DNA of 64,000 bases from Coprothermobacterota bacterium (GCA_036679065.1 JAZIGN010000001.1:128001-192000); one strand, 5' to 3'; shown: positions 41,684 through 51,870, counted from the stretch's first letter. The notes: generated from the sequence alone by a model not told the origin. Made by a program: numbers and translations.

Positions 41684-43147
41684 TTATGGAGTAAAACCTT
41701 TGAAGAGCATAACGTCACGTACTACTTGCCTAAACCAAGGTGCGGCAACGTAAACTGCTAAGGACGGACTTATCTTCTGCGGTCGATCAATGCTGAGAAG
41801 CAGTATCATTTCAGGGTTGTCTCCAGGCAAAAGGCCCACATAAGAGTAAAGCCTGTCGGTTTGATTGTACCGACCGTCAACAGGGACTTGTGCTGTGCCT
41901 GATTTTGCCGCCACGTTGAAGTACTTTCCTTTGTAGGGAACGGCGGCTGCAGATACGGTGGGAGTTGCAATGGTTTTCATGATTTCGCGTACAATGTTGG
42001 CCGATTCAGCACTAACGACCCTGGTGGGTGTTGCAGTGGGGAATTCGATGTGCTGTTCCCCCAAAGTGATGCTTTTAACCAATCTCAAATCATAAAGCAA
42101 TCCATTGTTAGCAATAGCCGTGTATGCTCTGACAAACTGCAGGGGTGTGAGAGCAACTCCCTGTCCAAAACCAGCATTGAGAAGGCTGGCTTGTGTATTC
42201 TGAGGCAGAATGGAATTGGCTTCTCCAGGGAAACGCAGGACGGGCTTATCCATGCCGTAGCGTTTCAGGCCAGTTACTAGCCTTTCATAGCCCGTCTTCT
42301 TTGCTACCGTGGCCATGTAAATATTGCTGGACTGTTGCAGGGCCTTTGTCAGATCCACCGTTCCAAGGAATTTCCAATCTTTTATGGTTATCCCATCGAT
42401 CTGAGTAACGCCTGGAGAATAAACAGTAAAAGAAGTATCGATGGCACCCAAATCAAGGGCCCAAGCCATGACCAAAGGTTTAAAAATCGAGCCTGGTTCA
42501 AATAATTCCTGATATAAAGGTGAAGCACCTGACTTACTTCTGCTAAAAGCTGACGCTGCAAGGATGTCACCTCTGTTGGATATAACTACTATCCACGCTC
42601 TTTCAGGTCCCAATTGATCTGCAATTTGAGAAACATAATCATCGGTAATTTTCTGCAAGCCTGCGTCAATGGTTGTCTCCACTGTGGGCTGTGTGGAGGT
42701 CTTGGAGAAAACGAACCTGGTGCTCAAAACCATGTCAAGTGCAGCTTCAAGTCCGGTGTTGCCTCCGGGTGTGTGTGCGCCGATCAGGAATCGGGTGTTC
42801 TCTGCTTGTTGTCGTTGTTCTCTGAGTTCTACCCAGGCATAGGGAGTATCCACATTTATGTGCGGTAGAGACCTTATTTCTTCACACTTAAGCTGCACGA
42901 TTTTTTCGAGTTCCTCGTTGCAGGAACTCTCGAGAAGCGCTTTAGGTCCCCATAGCCGCTTTGTTATGCTGGAGCTGTTGTAGGCGATGGCACCTCCGTC
43001 CGAGGTTATTGAGCCTCTCAGAATCAAAGAAGGTGACAAAGGTTTTTCCGCCTGATCATGGATGTACTCAATGGACGTAAAAACTGATAGGAACATGATT
43101 ACAAAAGCAGTAAAAAGCAGCAATGGTATCATTACGTACCGTTTCAC
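41684..43147 (-). CDS. Class B penicillin-binding protein (FtsI/SpoVD-like)
   Basis: N-terminal TM, RGSI, GLE, EPGSIFK (SxxK), SSN (SxN), KSGTAQ; probable GTG start at 43147. Confidence 0.9.
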   Translation of the reverse strand: MKRYVMIPLLLFTAFVIMFLSVFTSIEYIHDQAEKPLSPSLILRGSITSDGGAIAYNSSSITKRLWGPKALLESSCNEELEKIVQLKCEEIRSLPHINVDTPYAWVELREQRQQAENTRFLIGAHTPGGNTGLEAALDMVLSTRFVFSKTSTQPTVETTIDAGLQKITDDYVSQIADQLGPERAWIVVISNRGDILAASAFSRSKSGASPLYQELFEPGSIFKPLVMAWALDLGAIDTSFTVYSPGVTQIDGITIKDWKFLGTVDLTKALQQSSNIYMATVAKKTGYERLVTGLKRYGMDKPVLRFPGEANSILPQNTQASLLNAGFGQGVALTPLQFVRAYTAIANNGLLYDLRLVKSITLGEQHIEFPTATPTRVVSAESANIVREIMKTIATPTVSAAAVPYKGKYFNVAAKSGTAQVPVDGRYNQTDRLYSYVGLLPGDNPEMILLLSIDRPQKISPSLAVYVAAPWFRQVVRDVMLFKGFTP

Positions 43148-43150
43148 GCT

Positions 43151-43163
43151 TATAATGTTAGCA
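43151..43163. promoter_or_regulatory. Overlapping back-to-back -10 elements for the pfkB homologue (+) and the PBP (-)
   Basis: + strand TATAAT 43151-43156; - strand TG-C-TAACAT 43163-43155, 7 nt before GTG 43147. Confidence 0.55.
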
Positions 43164-43197
43164 TGCAAGATGCAGAAGTCGAGAAAGGAGGGATGTC

Positions 43198-44133
43198 ATG
43201 ATAATAACTGTCACGTTGAACCCCGCTATTGACATGTGGTTGACCGTTCCCGCTTTGGAGAAAGGAAAGTTTGTACGATCAGAAAAAGAGCGTTTGAATG
43301 CCGGGGGTAAAGGCGTAATCATCGCCAGGATTTTGCAGAAATTGAACATGGGGCCGGTGGTTGCTTCAGGCATTCTTGCTGGAAGGACAGGCCTGACGCT
43401 AGAGGATTATCTTTCCAGAGAGAAAGTACCCGCAAATTTTGTCTTTTTACCGGGGTTCGACACCAGACTGAACATTGAAATTGTTGACAACACGGACAAT
43501 TCAGTTACTCAGATAAACACAAGTGGGCCCTCTGTGTCTGAGGAACACGTTCAACAACTGGTAAACAATATCCTGCGCATAAGTCATGCTGACGATCTGG
43601 CAGTGCTGGCAGGTCACGTGCCTGTGGGTCTATCAGAGGACGTGTATGTGCAAATATCAGACACATTAATGAAAAAAGGTCTGAAAGTGGTGGTTAACGC
43701 AGGTGCGCAGTTTGTGAAGCCTGTGTTGGAATCCAGTAGTGATGTTGGAGTAGTTCTGGATCCCAAAGGGCCCAACGGATTCCAGATAACTTCGCTGGAT
43801 GACGAGGTTGAACTGGTCAAGAAATACCTCCAAGATAGACCAGTTTTGAGTTTCTCTTGGTCAAATACGGAAAATGTGATCGGGATGAACGGAAAGATTT
43901 ACCATGCTAAAATAGTCAATCCAAACATTAGAACACTTTGGGGAGCTAACTCAGCACTGACTGCGGGCTTGGTGCACGGTATTCACGAAGGCTTAGCTCC
44001 TGAAGAAACCATTTCTTTGGCCATGGCAATGGCTTATTATGTGGCACGAGATCCGTGGGCACTCTTCGATAACCCGAATCCTTCAGATGACATTGCCAAG
44101 CTAAGAGAGTCCATTGAGGTAAGGCTAGTTTAA
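43198..44133 (+). CDS. PfkB/1-phosphofructokinase family protein lacking the catalytic Asp
   Basis: MIITVTLNPAID, AGGKG, TRLN retained; anion-hole GAGD reads GANS; AGGAGG RBS. Confidence 0.88.
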   Translation: MIITVTLNPAIDMWLTVPALEKGKFVRSEKERLNAGGKGVIIARILQKLNMGPVVASGILAGRTGLTLEDYLSREKVPANFVFLPGFDTRLNIEIVDNTDNSVTQINTSGPSVSEEHVQQLVNNILRISHADDLAVLAGHVPVGLSEDVYVQISDTLMKKGLKVVVNAGAQFVKPVLESSSDVGVVLDPKGPNGFQITSLDDEVELVKKYLQDRPVLSFSWSNTENVIGMNGKIYHAKIVNPNIRTLWGANSALTAGLVHGIHEGLAPEETISLAMAMAYYVARDPWALFDNPNPSDDIAKLRESIEVRLV

Positions 44134-44151
44134 GCTCCTTACCTCAATGGA
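44110..44151. repeat. 15-bp perfect inverted repeat spanning the pfkB-homologue stop codon
   Basis: TCCATTGAGGTAAGG (44110-44124) / CCTTACCTCAATGGA (44137-44151), 12-nt loop. Confidence 0.9.
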
Positions 44152-44180
44152 GTAAAATGTATAGTCTTTGTTTAGGGGGT

Positions 44181-45215
44181 TTAACGTTCAGCTGTCACAA
44201 AGGCTTCTTCGTCGTAATAAAGCTCGTCTGACAATACTACCGTTCCAGTAACAAGGGGTTTCAGATCTTGCACAGCGTAAACCCTGTAGTAGTCAGAGGT
44301 GTAGAAGTAAATATCGGGTGCTCCCACGTTTACTGGAGCTTCGGTCACGACTCTGAAACCTTGCGTAAGCAAGTCCTCCGGATCAAGGTCATACTCATGG
44401 AAATCTCTGATTATATCAGTTATTACAAAACCCATGTCCAAAAGTCTTTTTTGTATCTCGTACCACTTTTTCCTGCTACTTTCCAAGTGGGTCAATCCGA
44501 AATAACCTGTGGAATCTTCTCCACGTAACCCTTCGGCGCATCTGGATAGGAAGAGCGTGATCCCGTCAATGGTCTCCACTGGATCGGTGATAAAGACGTC
44601 AAACGATCTTTGAAGTTCCTCCCTAAAAGGATTCTGCACATCGTAAAGCTCTGCACTTACGTTCTTGAAACCTAAACTCTGAGCTTTTCCGTTTATGTAT
44701 TCAACTAATCTCTTATCAACTTCTAGTACCTTAACACTTCTTGGAAAACCTGTGATGCCCAGAGCCAAGGATGTTAAGTCATCGTCTCCGACGATTAGTA
44801 TGTCTTTATTCTCCAAGTCACCAAAGCGGTGTATGAGTGTGACACGTCTCATGGTATCTTCAGTGATCACATATCCTTGGTCATAGTCCTTAATGGCTTT
44901 GGGACGATCATTAGTTATTTCTCTAAACTGTTTTGACCAGTTCTCATAAGGACCCTTTAATAGAATTGTTTTTCCATGGCATGTGTCACAAATAGGTGAC
45001 ACATATGGCGATAAGTGCTCCTGAGCAGCCAAAGCTTTTCCTTTATCAGTTAGGGTGAAATGATGGTTATGACTGTTAATAAGACCCTCTCTTAACAAAC
45101 TTGTCAGCTCTTCTTCGAACTTTGGTAAACTGTCGTCCTGAAATCTGATCAGTTCCCAGTAGGTCTTATCACCGGATAACAAGGCTCTTATAAGATTTTT
45201 CCTGATTCTAGTCAT
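44181..45215 (-). CDS. bpsA: Branched-chain polyamine synthase (N4-bis(aminopropyl)spermidine synthase)
   Basis: CxxC, DYDQGY, GDDDLTSLA, DPVET, GYFGLTH; GGAGGT RBS. Confidence 0.93.
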   Translation of the reverse strand: MTRIRKNLIRALLSGDKTYWELIRFQDDSLPKFEEELTSLLREGLINSHNHHFTLTDKGKALAAQEHLSPYVSPICDTCHGKTILLKGPYENWSKQFREITNDRPKAIKDYDQGYVITEDTMRRVTLIHRFGDLENKDILIVGDDDLTSLALGITGFPRSVKVLEVDKRLVEYINGKAQSLGFKNVSAELYDVQNPFREELQRSFDVFITDPVETIDGITLFLSRCAEGLRGEDSTGYFGLTHLESSRKKWYEIQKRLLDMGFVITDIIRDFHEYDLDPEDLLTQGFRVVTEAPVNVGAPDIYFYTSDYYRVYAVQDLKPLVTGTVVLSDELYYDEEAFVTAER

Positions 45216-45331
45216 GGGGTCACCTCCGTGAAAAATTAATCTGCTAAACCTTAAAACGCTATTTACTTACAAGTACATGCGTCTTTGCAGCCAAAGTGGT
45301 GCTGTTTGCGTTTATATAGTATAAATTATAC

Positions 45332-45661
45332 ATGATGGCCATAAAGGGCGTTGGAATTGATATTGTCTCCTTGAGCCGGTTCGAAAAAGTACTCATGAAA
45401 CATGGCGAAAAACTGCTCTCTAAGTATTTTGCCGAAGAAGAAAAGCAAATGTCAACCTCTTCACTGGCGGCTCGCTTCGCTGCCAAAGAGGCAGTCAAGA
45501 AAGCGTTGAATACCCCAAGTATTCCGTTCAGGAACATAGTTATTTCTTCTCCAGCGCGTCAGGCTAAAATCGTCGGTTATGAAGTTCAAGGCAGAGTGTG
45601 GGTTTCCATAAGTCATGAGAAAGATAACGCCGTGGCCATAGCTGTGTGGGAGGTTGTTTAG
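45332..45661 (+). CDS. acpS: Holo-[acyl-carrier-protein] synthase
   Basis: GVGIDIV, LAARFAAKEA.KKA, VSISHE. Confidence 0.95.
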   Translation: MMAIKGVGIDIVSLSRFEKVLMKHGEKLLSKYFAEEEKQMSTSSLAARFAAKEAVKKALNTPSIPFRNIVISSPARQAKIVGYEVQGRVWVSISHEKDNAVAIAVWEVV

Positions 45662-47054
45662 TGTGATTCCCCTAATTGGAAGCGACATGAAAGACCTGGA
45701 AAACGCTCTTTTTGGAGCTTATCAAGTGGAGCCTGCTGTCCTAATGGAAACAGCAGGTAGAAGTGTGGCTGAGCAGGTTATGCGGATGGTAAATCCAAGA
45801 AGGGTGGGTGTAGTGGCTGGCAAAGGTAATAATGGTGGTGATGCACTCACCTGTGCTCGGTTTCTTCTAGATGCGGGCAAAGAAGTCAAAGTTCTAACTT
45901 TGGAAAGTCTGGAAAGGTCGCCGCGGCTATCTTACTTGTTGGATAACGGAGCAACAGCATGTAAAAGCATTAAAGAGCTAATTGATTGTGACGTCCTTGT
46001 TGATGGCTTGTTCGGATACGGCTTTCGACCGCCTTTAGGGGATGAATATACCACTTTAATCAATGAGATGAATGCTGTGTCATGCCCCGTGGTTAGTGTT
46101 GACATGCCCTCCGGTCTTACTGCTCAGGGCTTGGTCAACGTTCCCATAGTGCAAGCAGATCTCACAGTCTTTTTAGGTTTACCTAAGCTAAATGCTCTGA
46201 CCGGCTTGGGTTTAGTGCGAAGCGGTGAGTTTGTCTTGGAAAGTCTTGGATACGGAAAGTTTTTCGAAAGTCATGTTTCCACCACGGCGTACTTGATTGA
46301 AGATGCTGATGTGGAAAGAATCATGAGAAGTGGGAGAACGAAAGCTTATCATAAGAGAGAAGCGGGACAAGTAACCGTCGTCGCTGGATCAAAACATTTC
46401 CCTGGAGCAGCACTTTTGGTAGCCAAAACGCTGGTGCTCATGGGTACTGGGCTTGTGTATGTGAAAGGTGACGACTATGCAGAAGAATTTGTAGTAAAAG
46501 CACTTCCTCAAGTGGTAAAGGGAGAAGGGCCTGGTGTAAGCGTAAGAATTATTGGCCCAGGCCTTGAGGATATGTCTTTGGCTGCTCAGATGGCTGCCAC
46601 GCCAGCGCCGAAGGTCATAGACGCAGCAGCTTTATGCGCGGAGGTTTTAGAGCATGCGAAGAACGCAGTTATAACGCCTCACGAAGGTGAAGCAGCACGA
46701 CTCCTTAATATGAGCGCAGAGGAAGTAAGGACCAACCGGTACGAAGCTGCAAGACGTCTCTATGAGCAATATGGACAAGTTGTTTTGTTAAAGGGGCCAG
46801 GTACTATTGTTTATGATGGCGAGAATTTCATGGTAATACCCATTAATGAACCGAGATTAGCTACCGGAGGTACGGGCGATGTCTTGTCTGGTTTAATTGG
46901 CTTTTTTCTGTGCAGAGGGCTAAGTCTGGCTAATGCAGCTGTGGCTGCTGCCTATTTGCATGGGAAAAGTGCCTCGGAGTTTTCCGCTGGCTTAGATCTG
47001 AACCGATTCATAGAAAAGATTGCTGAAAACTGGTGGGCTCGTTATGACGATTGA
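45654..47054 (+). CDS. nnr: Bifunctional NAD(P)HX epimerase/dehydratase
   Basis: LMETAG, GKGNNGGD, DGLFG, DMPSG, TPHEGE, LLKG, ATGGTGDVL. Confidence 0.93.
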   Translation: MFSVIPLIGSDMKDLENALFGAYQVEPAVLMETAGRSVAEQVMRMVNPRRVGVVAGKGNNGGDALTCARFLLDAGKEVKVLTLESLERSPRLSYLLDNGATACKSIKELIDCDVLVDGLFGYGFRPPLGDEYTTLINEMNAVSCPVVSVDMPSGLTAQGLVNVPIVQADLTVFLGLPKLNALTGLGLVRSGEFVLESLGYGKFFESHVSTTAYLIEDADVERIMRSGRTKAYHKREAGQVTVVAGSKHFPGAALLVAKTLVLMGTGLVYVKGDDYAEEFVVKALPQVVKGEGPGVSVRIIGPGLEDMSLAAQMAATPAPKVIDAAALCAEVLEHAKNAVITPHEGEAARLLNMSAEEVRTNRYEAARRLYEQYGQVVLLKGPGTIVYDGENFMVIPINEPRLATGGTGDVLSGLIGFFLCRGLSLANAAVAAAYLHGKSASEFSAGLDLNRFIEKIAENWWARYDD

Positions 47055-48753
47055 CGAAGCTGCTGTCTACATAAGGAATAATGTGGACATAGTAGAGGTG
47101 GTTTCTCGTTACGTAAGTCTTAAGAAAGTTGGGAGGAACTATTTTGGGTTGTGTCCTTTCCACAGCGAAAAAACTCCCTCATTTAGTGTTAACCCTAGCA
47201 AGGGTATCTTCAAGTGTTTTGGCTGTGGGGAGGGCGGCGACGTCATCAAGTTTCTCTCAAAGATCGAAAACACGACCTATCGCGAGGCAGTAAAGATGCT
47301 TGCCGCGGAGCTTGGTATTGCCATTGATGAGAATACGGAGACTGAAAAAATCTTGGAGGTGTTAGAAGAAGCCCGGCGGTTGATGAATGGAGTACTGCTC
47401 ACCAGGAGTGGTGCTTTGGCACTGAGCTATCTTAGTAACAGGGGACTAAAAGCTGAGACAATAAGTACTTTTGGCCTGGGATATGATCCCACTCGTGATT
47501 TCTTGCAGAAGGCGTTGGCCAAAAAGGGCTTTTCCGCTGATCTGGTGAGAAAAGCTGGGCTTACGAATAGCATCGGTAACGACTTTTTTGGTGGAAGGAT
47601 CGTCTTCCCCATTGAAAATATGAGCAAAAGAACTATAGGATTTGGAGCAAGAACTTTGGACGATATCAATCCTGTAAAGTACTTGAACACAGGTGAAACT
47701 CCGGTGTTTAAAAAGTCTCTTGTACTTTATGGGCTTACTCAGGCTTTGCCCAGTATGGAGAAGACAAAGTCTGTTGTCCTGGTAGAGGGGTACTTCGATG
47801 CCGTGGTGCTCAGTCAAGAGGGTTTTCCAAACGTAGTGGCCATTTTGGGTACGACGGTCACCCCTGAACAGTCTCGCTTGCTCGGCCGAAAAGTAAGGAG
47901 AGCTACTTTCCTTTTGGATTCGGACGATGCTGGTATTATGGCTGCTTTTAAGGGTTGTTTTGTTTTACTGTCGCAGAATGTGGAACCTCTTGTGGCTTTG
48001 CTGCCCGAGGGAGTGGATCCGGACGAAATGGCACTAAGATCCAAGAATAAACTCAGCGAAGTTCTTTCAGCACCGCTGGATTTGCTGAAGTTCTTGGAAT
48101 TTTCTTCTACTAAATACTTTGGTGGGATGCGCTCCCCGGAATTTCTGGAGGCATTGTCGCAAAACTTAAGGGGCCTGCCCACGTCACCGTTGTTAGAGAT
48201 GGCTATTAATGAGCTTGGAGAAAAGCTGGGTTTAGAAGCGAAAACTCTACAGTCTTTTCTGTCTTCCCGGGGATCAAGGTTCAAACATGATGAAGAAGCT
48301 ACTACCAACGCTGTTACCACAAGAAAGCCCGTAGACGTTGAAAGCATTGAGGAACAAATGGCCAGGCTTCTCATAAACACCCCTGAGCTGAGTAACATCC
48401 TAATCGAAGATGAGTATTTTTACCCGTACACCCCTGGACTTAGGGAAGTTCTGGATGCTATAAAGGACTGGGATCCTGAAAAGCATACAGCTCAAAAGTA
48501 TGTGGAACTGTTTCCTCCATATTTGAGGGATTTGGTGGAAGAATCAATGTTGGAGAATTTTGGTACATATGAGCAGAAGGAGAAAATGTTAAAAGAGCTT
48601 CTGGGCCGTTGGAGGGTGAAAGATTTAGACAATTACATTGGCAAACTTAGAGCGCAATTAGCTAACTCTCATGACGAAGGTTTGCTGGAACAGTTGCAGG
48701 AGGTTCTCAGCGAACGCGATGAAATAAGTAGGCAGCTTCAAGGTTTAGAATAG
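47044..48753 (+). CDS. dnaG: DNA primase
   Basis: CPFH..CFGC zinc finger, KYLN, VEGYFD, DSDDAG TOPRIM, DPDE. Confidence 0.97.
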   Translation: MTIDEAAVYIRNNVDIVEVVSRYVSLKKVGRNYFGLCPFHSEKTPSFSVNPSKGIFKCFGCGEGGDVIKFLSKIENTTYREAVKMLAAELGIAIDENTETEKILEVLEEARRLMNGVLLTRSGALALSYLSNRGLKAETISTFGLGYDPTRDFLQKALAKKGFSADLVRKAGLTNSIGNDFFGGRIVFPIENMSKRTIGFGARTLDDINPVKYLNTGETPVFKKSLVLYGLTQALPSMEKTKSVVLVEGYFDAVVLSQEGFPNVVAILGTTVTPEQSRLLGRKVRRATFLLDSDDAGIMAAFKGCFVLLSQNVEPLVALLPEGVDPDEMALRSKNKLSEVLSAPLDLLKFLEFSSTKYFGGMRSPEFLEALSQNLRGLPTSPLLEMAINELGEKLGLEAKTLQSFLSSRGSRFKHDEEATTNAVTTRKPVDVESIEEQMARLLINTPELSNILIEDEYFYPYTPGLREVLDAIKDWDPEKHTAQKYVELFPPYLRDLVEESMLENFGTYEQKEKMLKELLGRWRVKDLDNYIGKLRAQLANSHDEGLLEQLQEVLSERDEISRQLQGLE

Positions 48754-48832
48754 TAAAGTGCGATTAAGCATGCTGGTTTTTGGGTATACCTTGTAAGAGA
48801 AGTCCGTTTGCAGAGGTGGTGTATCGAATAAT

Positions 48833-49915
48833 ATGGCAAGTAGAGGGAAAAAAGCGAAGAAGGATCTAACTGAAGAGTTAGAAAACCTCTACAACAAAAA
48901 ATTTGGTTTGATGGAGGAGGATGTTGATTTGCTCATCAACAGTTTGAATCCAGAGGATCTCGATGTTGATGAGATCGACATGTTCCTCGAGGAAAAAGGG
49001 ATAAGTATTATCCCTGAGGAGCCCAGAATTTATGGGGAAAGTGTTTCTTATGAACAAGGCCTTCCTGAGGAGGAAGAGCAAGTAAGAGAACTTATGCAGG
49101 TTTACCTGCACGATGTGGGTCAATATGATCTTCTTACGGCTGAGCAAGAGCGCATATTGGCTCAAAGGATTGAGAAGAACGACGCAGCAGCACGTGAGGA
49201 ACTCATAAAGAGAAATTTGCGTCTGGTTATCTCAATCGCTAGAAAATATACCAATAAGGGCCTCAGCTTTATGGAGCTGATACAAGAAGGCAACATTGGA
49301 CTGATCAAGGCTGTGGAAAAGTTCGACTGGAGGAAAGGTTATAAGTTTTCCACTTATGCTACGTGGTGGATTAAGCAAGCCATCACTCGTGCTTTAGCCG
49401 ACCAATCGAGACTAATCAGGCGCCCTGTGCACATGGTGGAGGCATACCACCAATTCCAGAAAAAATTGAATGAGTTATATAACCAGTTGGGTAGGGAGCC
49501 TACTGTTCAGGAATTAGCTGAAGCTCTGGGGTTCAGTGAGGACAAAGTGTTAGCACTTAAGCAGATGTCCAATCCAGAACCGCAATCACTAGATGCCACT
49601 ATTGGGGATCAAGATGACAGTAGGGTTCAAGATTTTGTACCCGATACGGGCGAAGGTGCAGCTGATAAGTACTTCTGGGAAGAAGAACGTAGACGGGTCC
49701 TTGAAGAAGTCCTTGGCACCTTAAACAAACGAGAAAGAGAAATCATTGAAATGCGCTATGGTCTAGTGGACGGCGTGGAACACACGCTGGAAGAGGTTGG
49801 GGCAAGTTTCAACATTACACGTGAAAGAGTTAGACAGATTGAAACGAAGGCTTTAAGAAAACTGCGTCATCCTACTAGAATTAGAAAGCTGAGGGAATAT
49901 TTGGATATTGAGTAA
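48833..49915 (+). CDS. rpoD: Primary RNA polymerase sigma factor (sigma70/SigA)
   Basis: [37 protein letters not shown]; follows dnaG. Confidence 0.96.
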   Translation: MASRGKKAKKDLTEELENLYNKKFGLMEEDVDLLINSLNPEDLDVDEIDMFLEEKGISIIPEEPRIYGESVSYEQGLPEEEEQVRELMQVYLHDVGQYDLLTAEQERILAQRIEKNDAAAREELIKRNLRLVISIARKYTNKGLSFMELIQEGNIGLIKAVEKFDWRKGYKFSTYATWWIKQAITRALADQSRLIRRPVHMVEAYHQFQKKLNELYNQLGREPTVQELAEALGFSEDKVLALKQMSNPEPQSLDATIGDQDDSRVQDFVPDTGEGAADKYFWEEERRRVLEEVLGTLNKREREIIEMRYGLVDGVEHTLEEVGASFNITRERVRQIETKALRKLRHPTRIRKLREYLDIE

Positions 49916-51870
49916 TGAAAGAGCGCTTTAAAGTTGAAGCTCCATTTGAGCCCAGCGGTGATCAACCCGAAGCCATAGGGAAGCTTTGTGATGGCATAAG
50001 AAGAAATTTTAGATTCCAGACTTTGCTTGGTGTGACAGGTTCTGGAAAGACATTTACCATGGCAAAGATCATAGAGGCTTTGAATTTGCCAACGCTAGTT
50101 ATATCACCAAACAAGACCTTGGCGGTGCAACTTTATTCAGAGTTCCGGGAATTCTTTCCTCAGAATGCCGTGGAGCTTTTTATGAGCTATTACGATTACT
50201 ATAGGCCCGAAGCATACATTCCTGAAACTGATACCTATTTGCCTAAAGATGCTGCAATAAACGAAGACATCGATAAGATGCGTCTATCGGCTATTTCTTC
50301 CCTGTTATCCAGACGCGATGTGGTGGTAGTGGCGTCTGTTTCTTGCATTTACTCTTTGGAAAATCCGGAGGTGTTTGCGGGTTCTGCTTTCTCTATCACT
50401 GAAGGCATGAAAATGGATACAAAGCTTTTCATGAGAAGGCTTTCTCAGATCAGTTATGAAAGAAATGACATCGAGCTTAGACCTGGCAACTTCAGATCCA
50501 GGGGTTTCAAGGTAGACGTCTTCCCTCCTCATGCACAAGGAATTATTTCCGTGGTCTTTGATGATGACATTATCGAAAGCATTTACGAAAGTGACCCGCT
50601 AACCGGGGAGAGGTTATTCTCTTATCATTCCTACACGTTTTTTCCCTCGAAGTACTTTATTACCTCGGAACAGTTAATCAGAAATGTGGTAGATCAGGTC
50701 ATGGTGGAGCTGGATAAACAAGTTAGGCAGTTTAAAGAGGAAGGTAAATACATAGAAGCACAGCGCATTGAAGAGCGGACCAAGTATGACATGGAAATGC
50801 TTTTGTCCACTGGCTACTGCAGTGGTATCGAGAACTATTCACGCTATTTTAGCGGACGCAAGGAAGGAGAAAGGCCTTACACCTTACTGGATTATTTCCC
50901 TCGCCCTTACCTAATGTTTATTGACGAAAGTCACCTAACTATTCCTCAAATCAGGGCCATGTACCACGGCGAGATGCAAAGAAAAGAAACACTGGTGCGA
51001 TTTGGATTTCGCTTACCTTCTGCTAAGGACAACCGCCCACTGAATTTTGATGAGTTTCTGTCATTGGTGGATAAGGTAGTATTTGTCAGTGCAACTCCAG
51101 GACCGTACGAATTGGAGGTCTCGCAGCAAGTAGTGGAGCAGATTGTCCGTCCCACGGGCTTAGTGGATCCCCAGGTTGTGGTCAAGCCAGCAAAGAACCA
51201 AGTGGAGGATTTGGTTAGGGAACTTACGCGAGTAGTCGAACGCGGTGAAAGAGCACTGGTCTTGACACTGACCAAGCAGATGGCGGAAAAACTCTCCACG
51301 TATCTGAGTTCATTGAAGTTCAAAGTCAGGTATTTGCATTCAGAGATTGATGTCATTGAACGGTCTCAGGTTCTAAAAGAACTGAGAACAGGTGTAATTG
51401 ACATCGTTGTGGGGATAAACCTTCTCAGAGAAGGGTTGGATTTACCAGAAGTTTCTTTGGTAGCTGTCTTGGATGCTGATAAGGAAGGATTCCTCCGTAG
51501 TGAGCGTTCTCTAATACAGATGATCGGTAGAGCTTCCAGGAATGTGAATGGTATGGTTATTCTATATGCTGACCAAGTCACCGACTCACTGAGGTCTGCT
51601 GTAGATGAAACAAACAGGCGCAGAGAAAAACAGTTAGAATACAACAAGGAACATGGAATAACGCCTCAAACAGTGCGGAAACGTGTTATTGATTACTTAG
51701 ATTTTATAAGTGGTGGAGCGTCAGGAAGTCGCATGACAAAGGAAGAAGCAAACGCCATGCTTCTTCAACTAGAGCAAGAAATGTATGAAGCTGCTGAAGC
51801 ACTTGAATTTGAAAAAGCCATAGTTATAAGGGATAGAATCAAAGAGCTAAAACTCGCGTACAAAGTCTAA
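49915..51870 (+). CDS. uvrB: Excinuclease ABC subunit B
   Basis: GVTGSGKT, YYDYY.PEAY, DESH, GINLLREGLD, C-terminal UVR coil. Confidence 0.98.
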   Translation: MKERFKVEAPFEPSGDQPEAIGKLCDGIRRNFRFQTLLGVTGSGKTFTMAKIIEALNLPTLVISPNKTLAVQLYSEFREFFPQNAVELFMSYYDYYRPEAYIPETDTYLPKDAAINEDIDKMRLSAISSLLSRRDVVVVASVSCIYSLENPEVFAGSAFSITEGMKMDTKLFMRRLSQISYERNDIELRPGNFRSRGFKVDVFPPHAQGIISVVFDDDIIESIYESDPLTGERLFSYHSYTFFPSKYFITSEQLIRNVVDQVMVELDKQVRQFKEEGKYIEAQRIEERTKYDMEMLLSTGYCSGIENYSRYFSGRKEGERPYTLLDYFPRPYLMFIDESHLTIPQIRAMYHGEMQRKETLVRFGFRLPSAKDNRPLNFDEFLSLVDKVVFVSATPGPYELEVSQQVVEQIVRPTGLVDPQVVVKPAKNQVEDLVRELTRVVERGERALVLTLTKQMAEKLSTYLSSLKFKVRYLHSEIDVIERSQVLKELRTGVIDIVVGINLLREGLDLPEVSLVAVLDADKEGFLRSERSLIQMIGRASRNVNGMVILYADQVTDSLRSAVDETNRRREKQLEYNKEHGITPQTVRKRVIDYLDFISGGASGSRMTKEEANAMLLQLEQEMYEAAEALEFEKAIVIRDRIKELKLAYKV

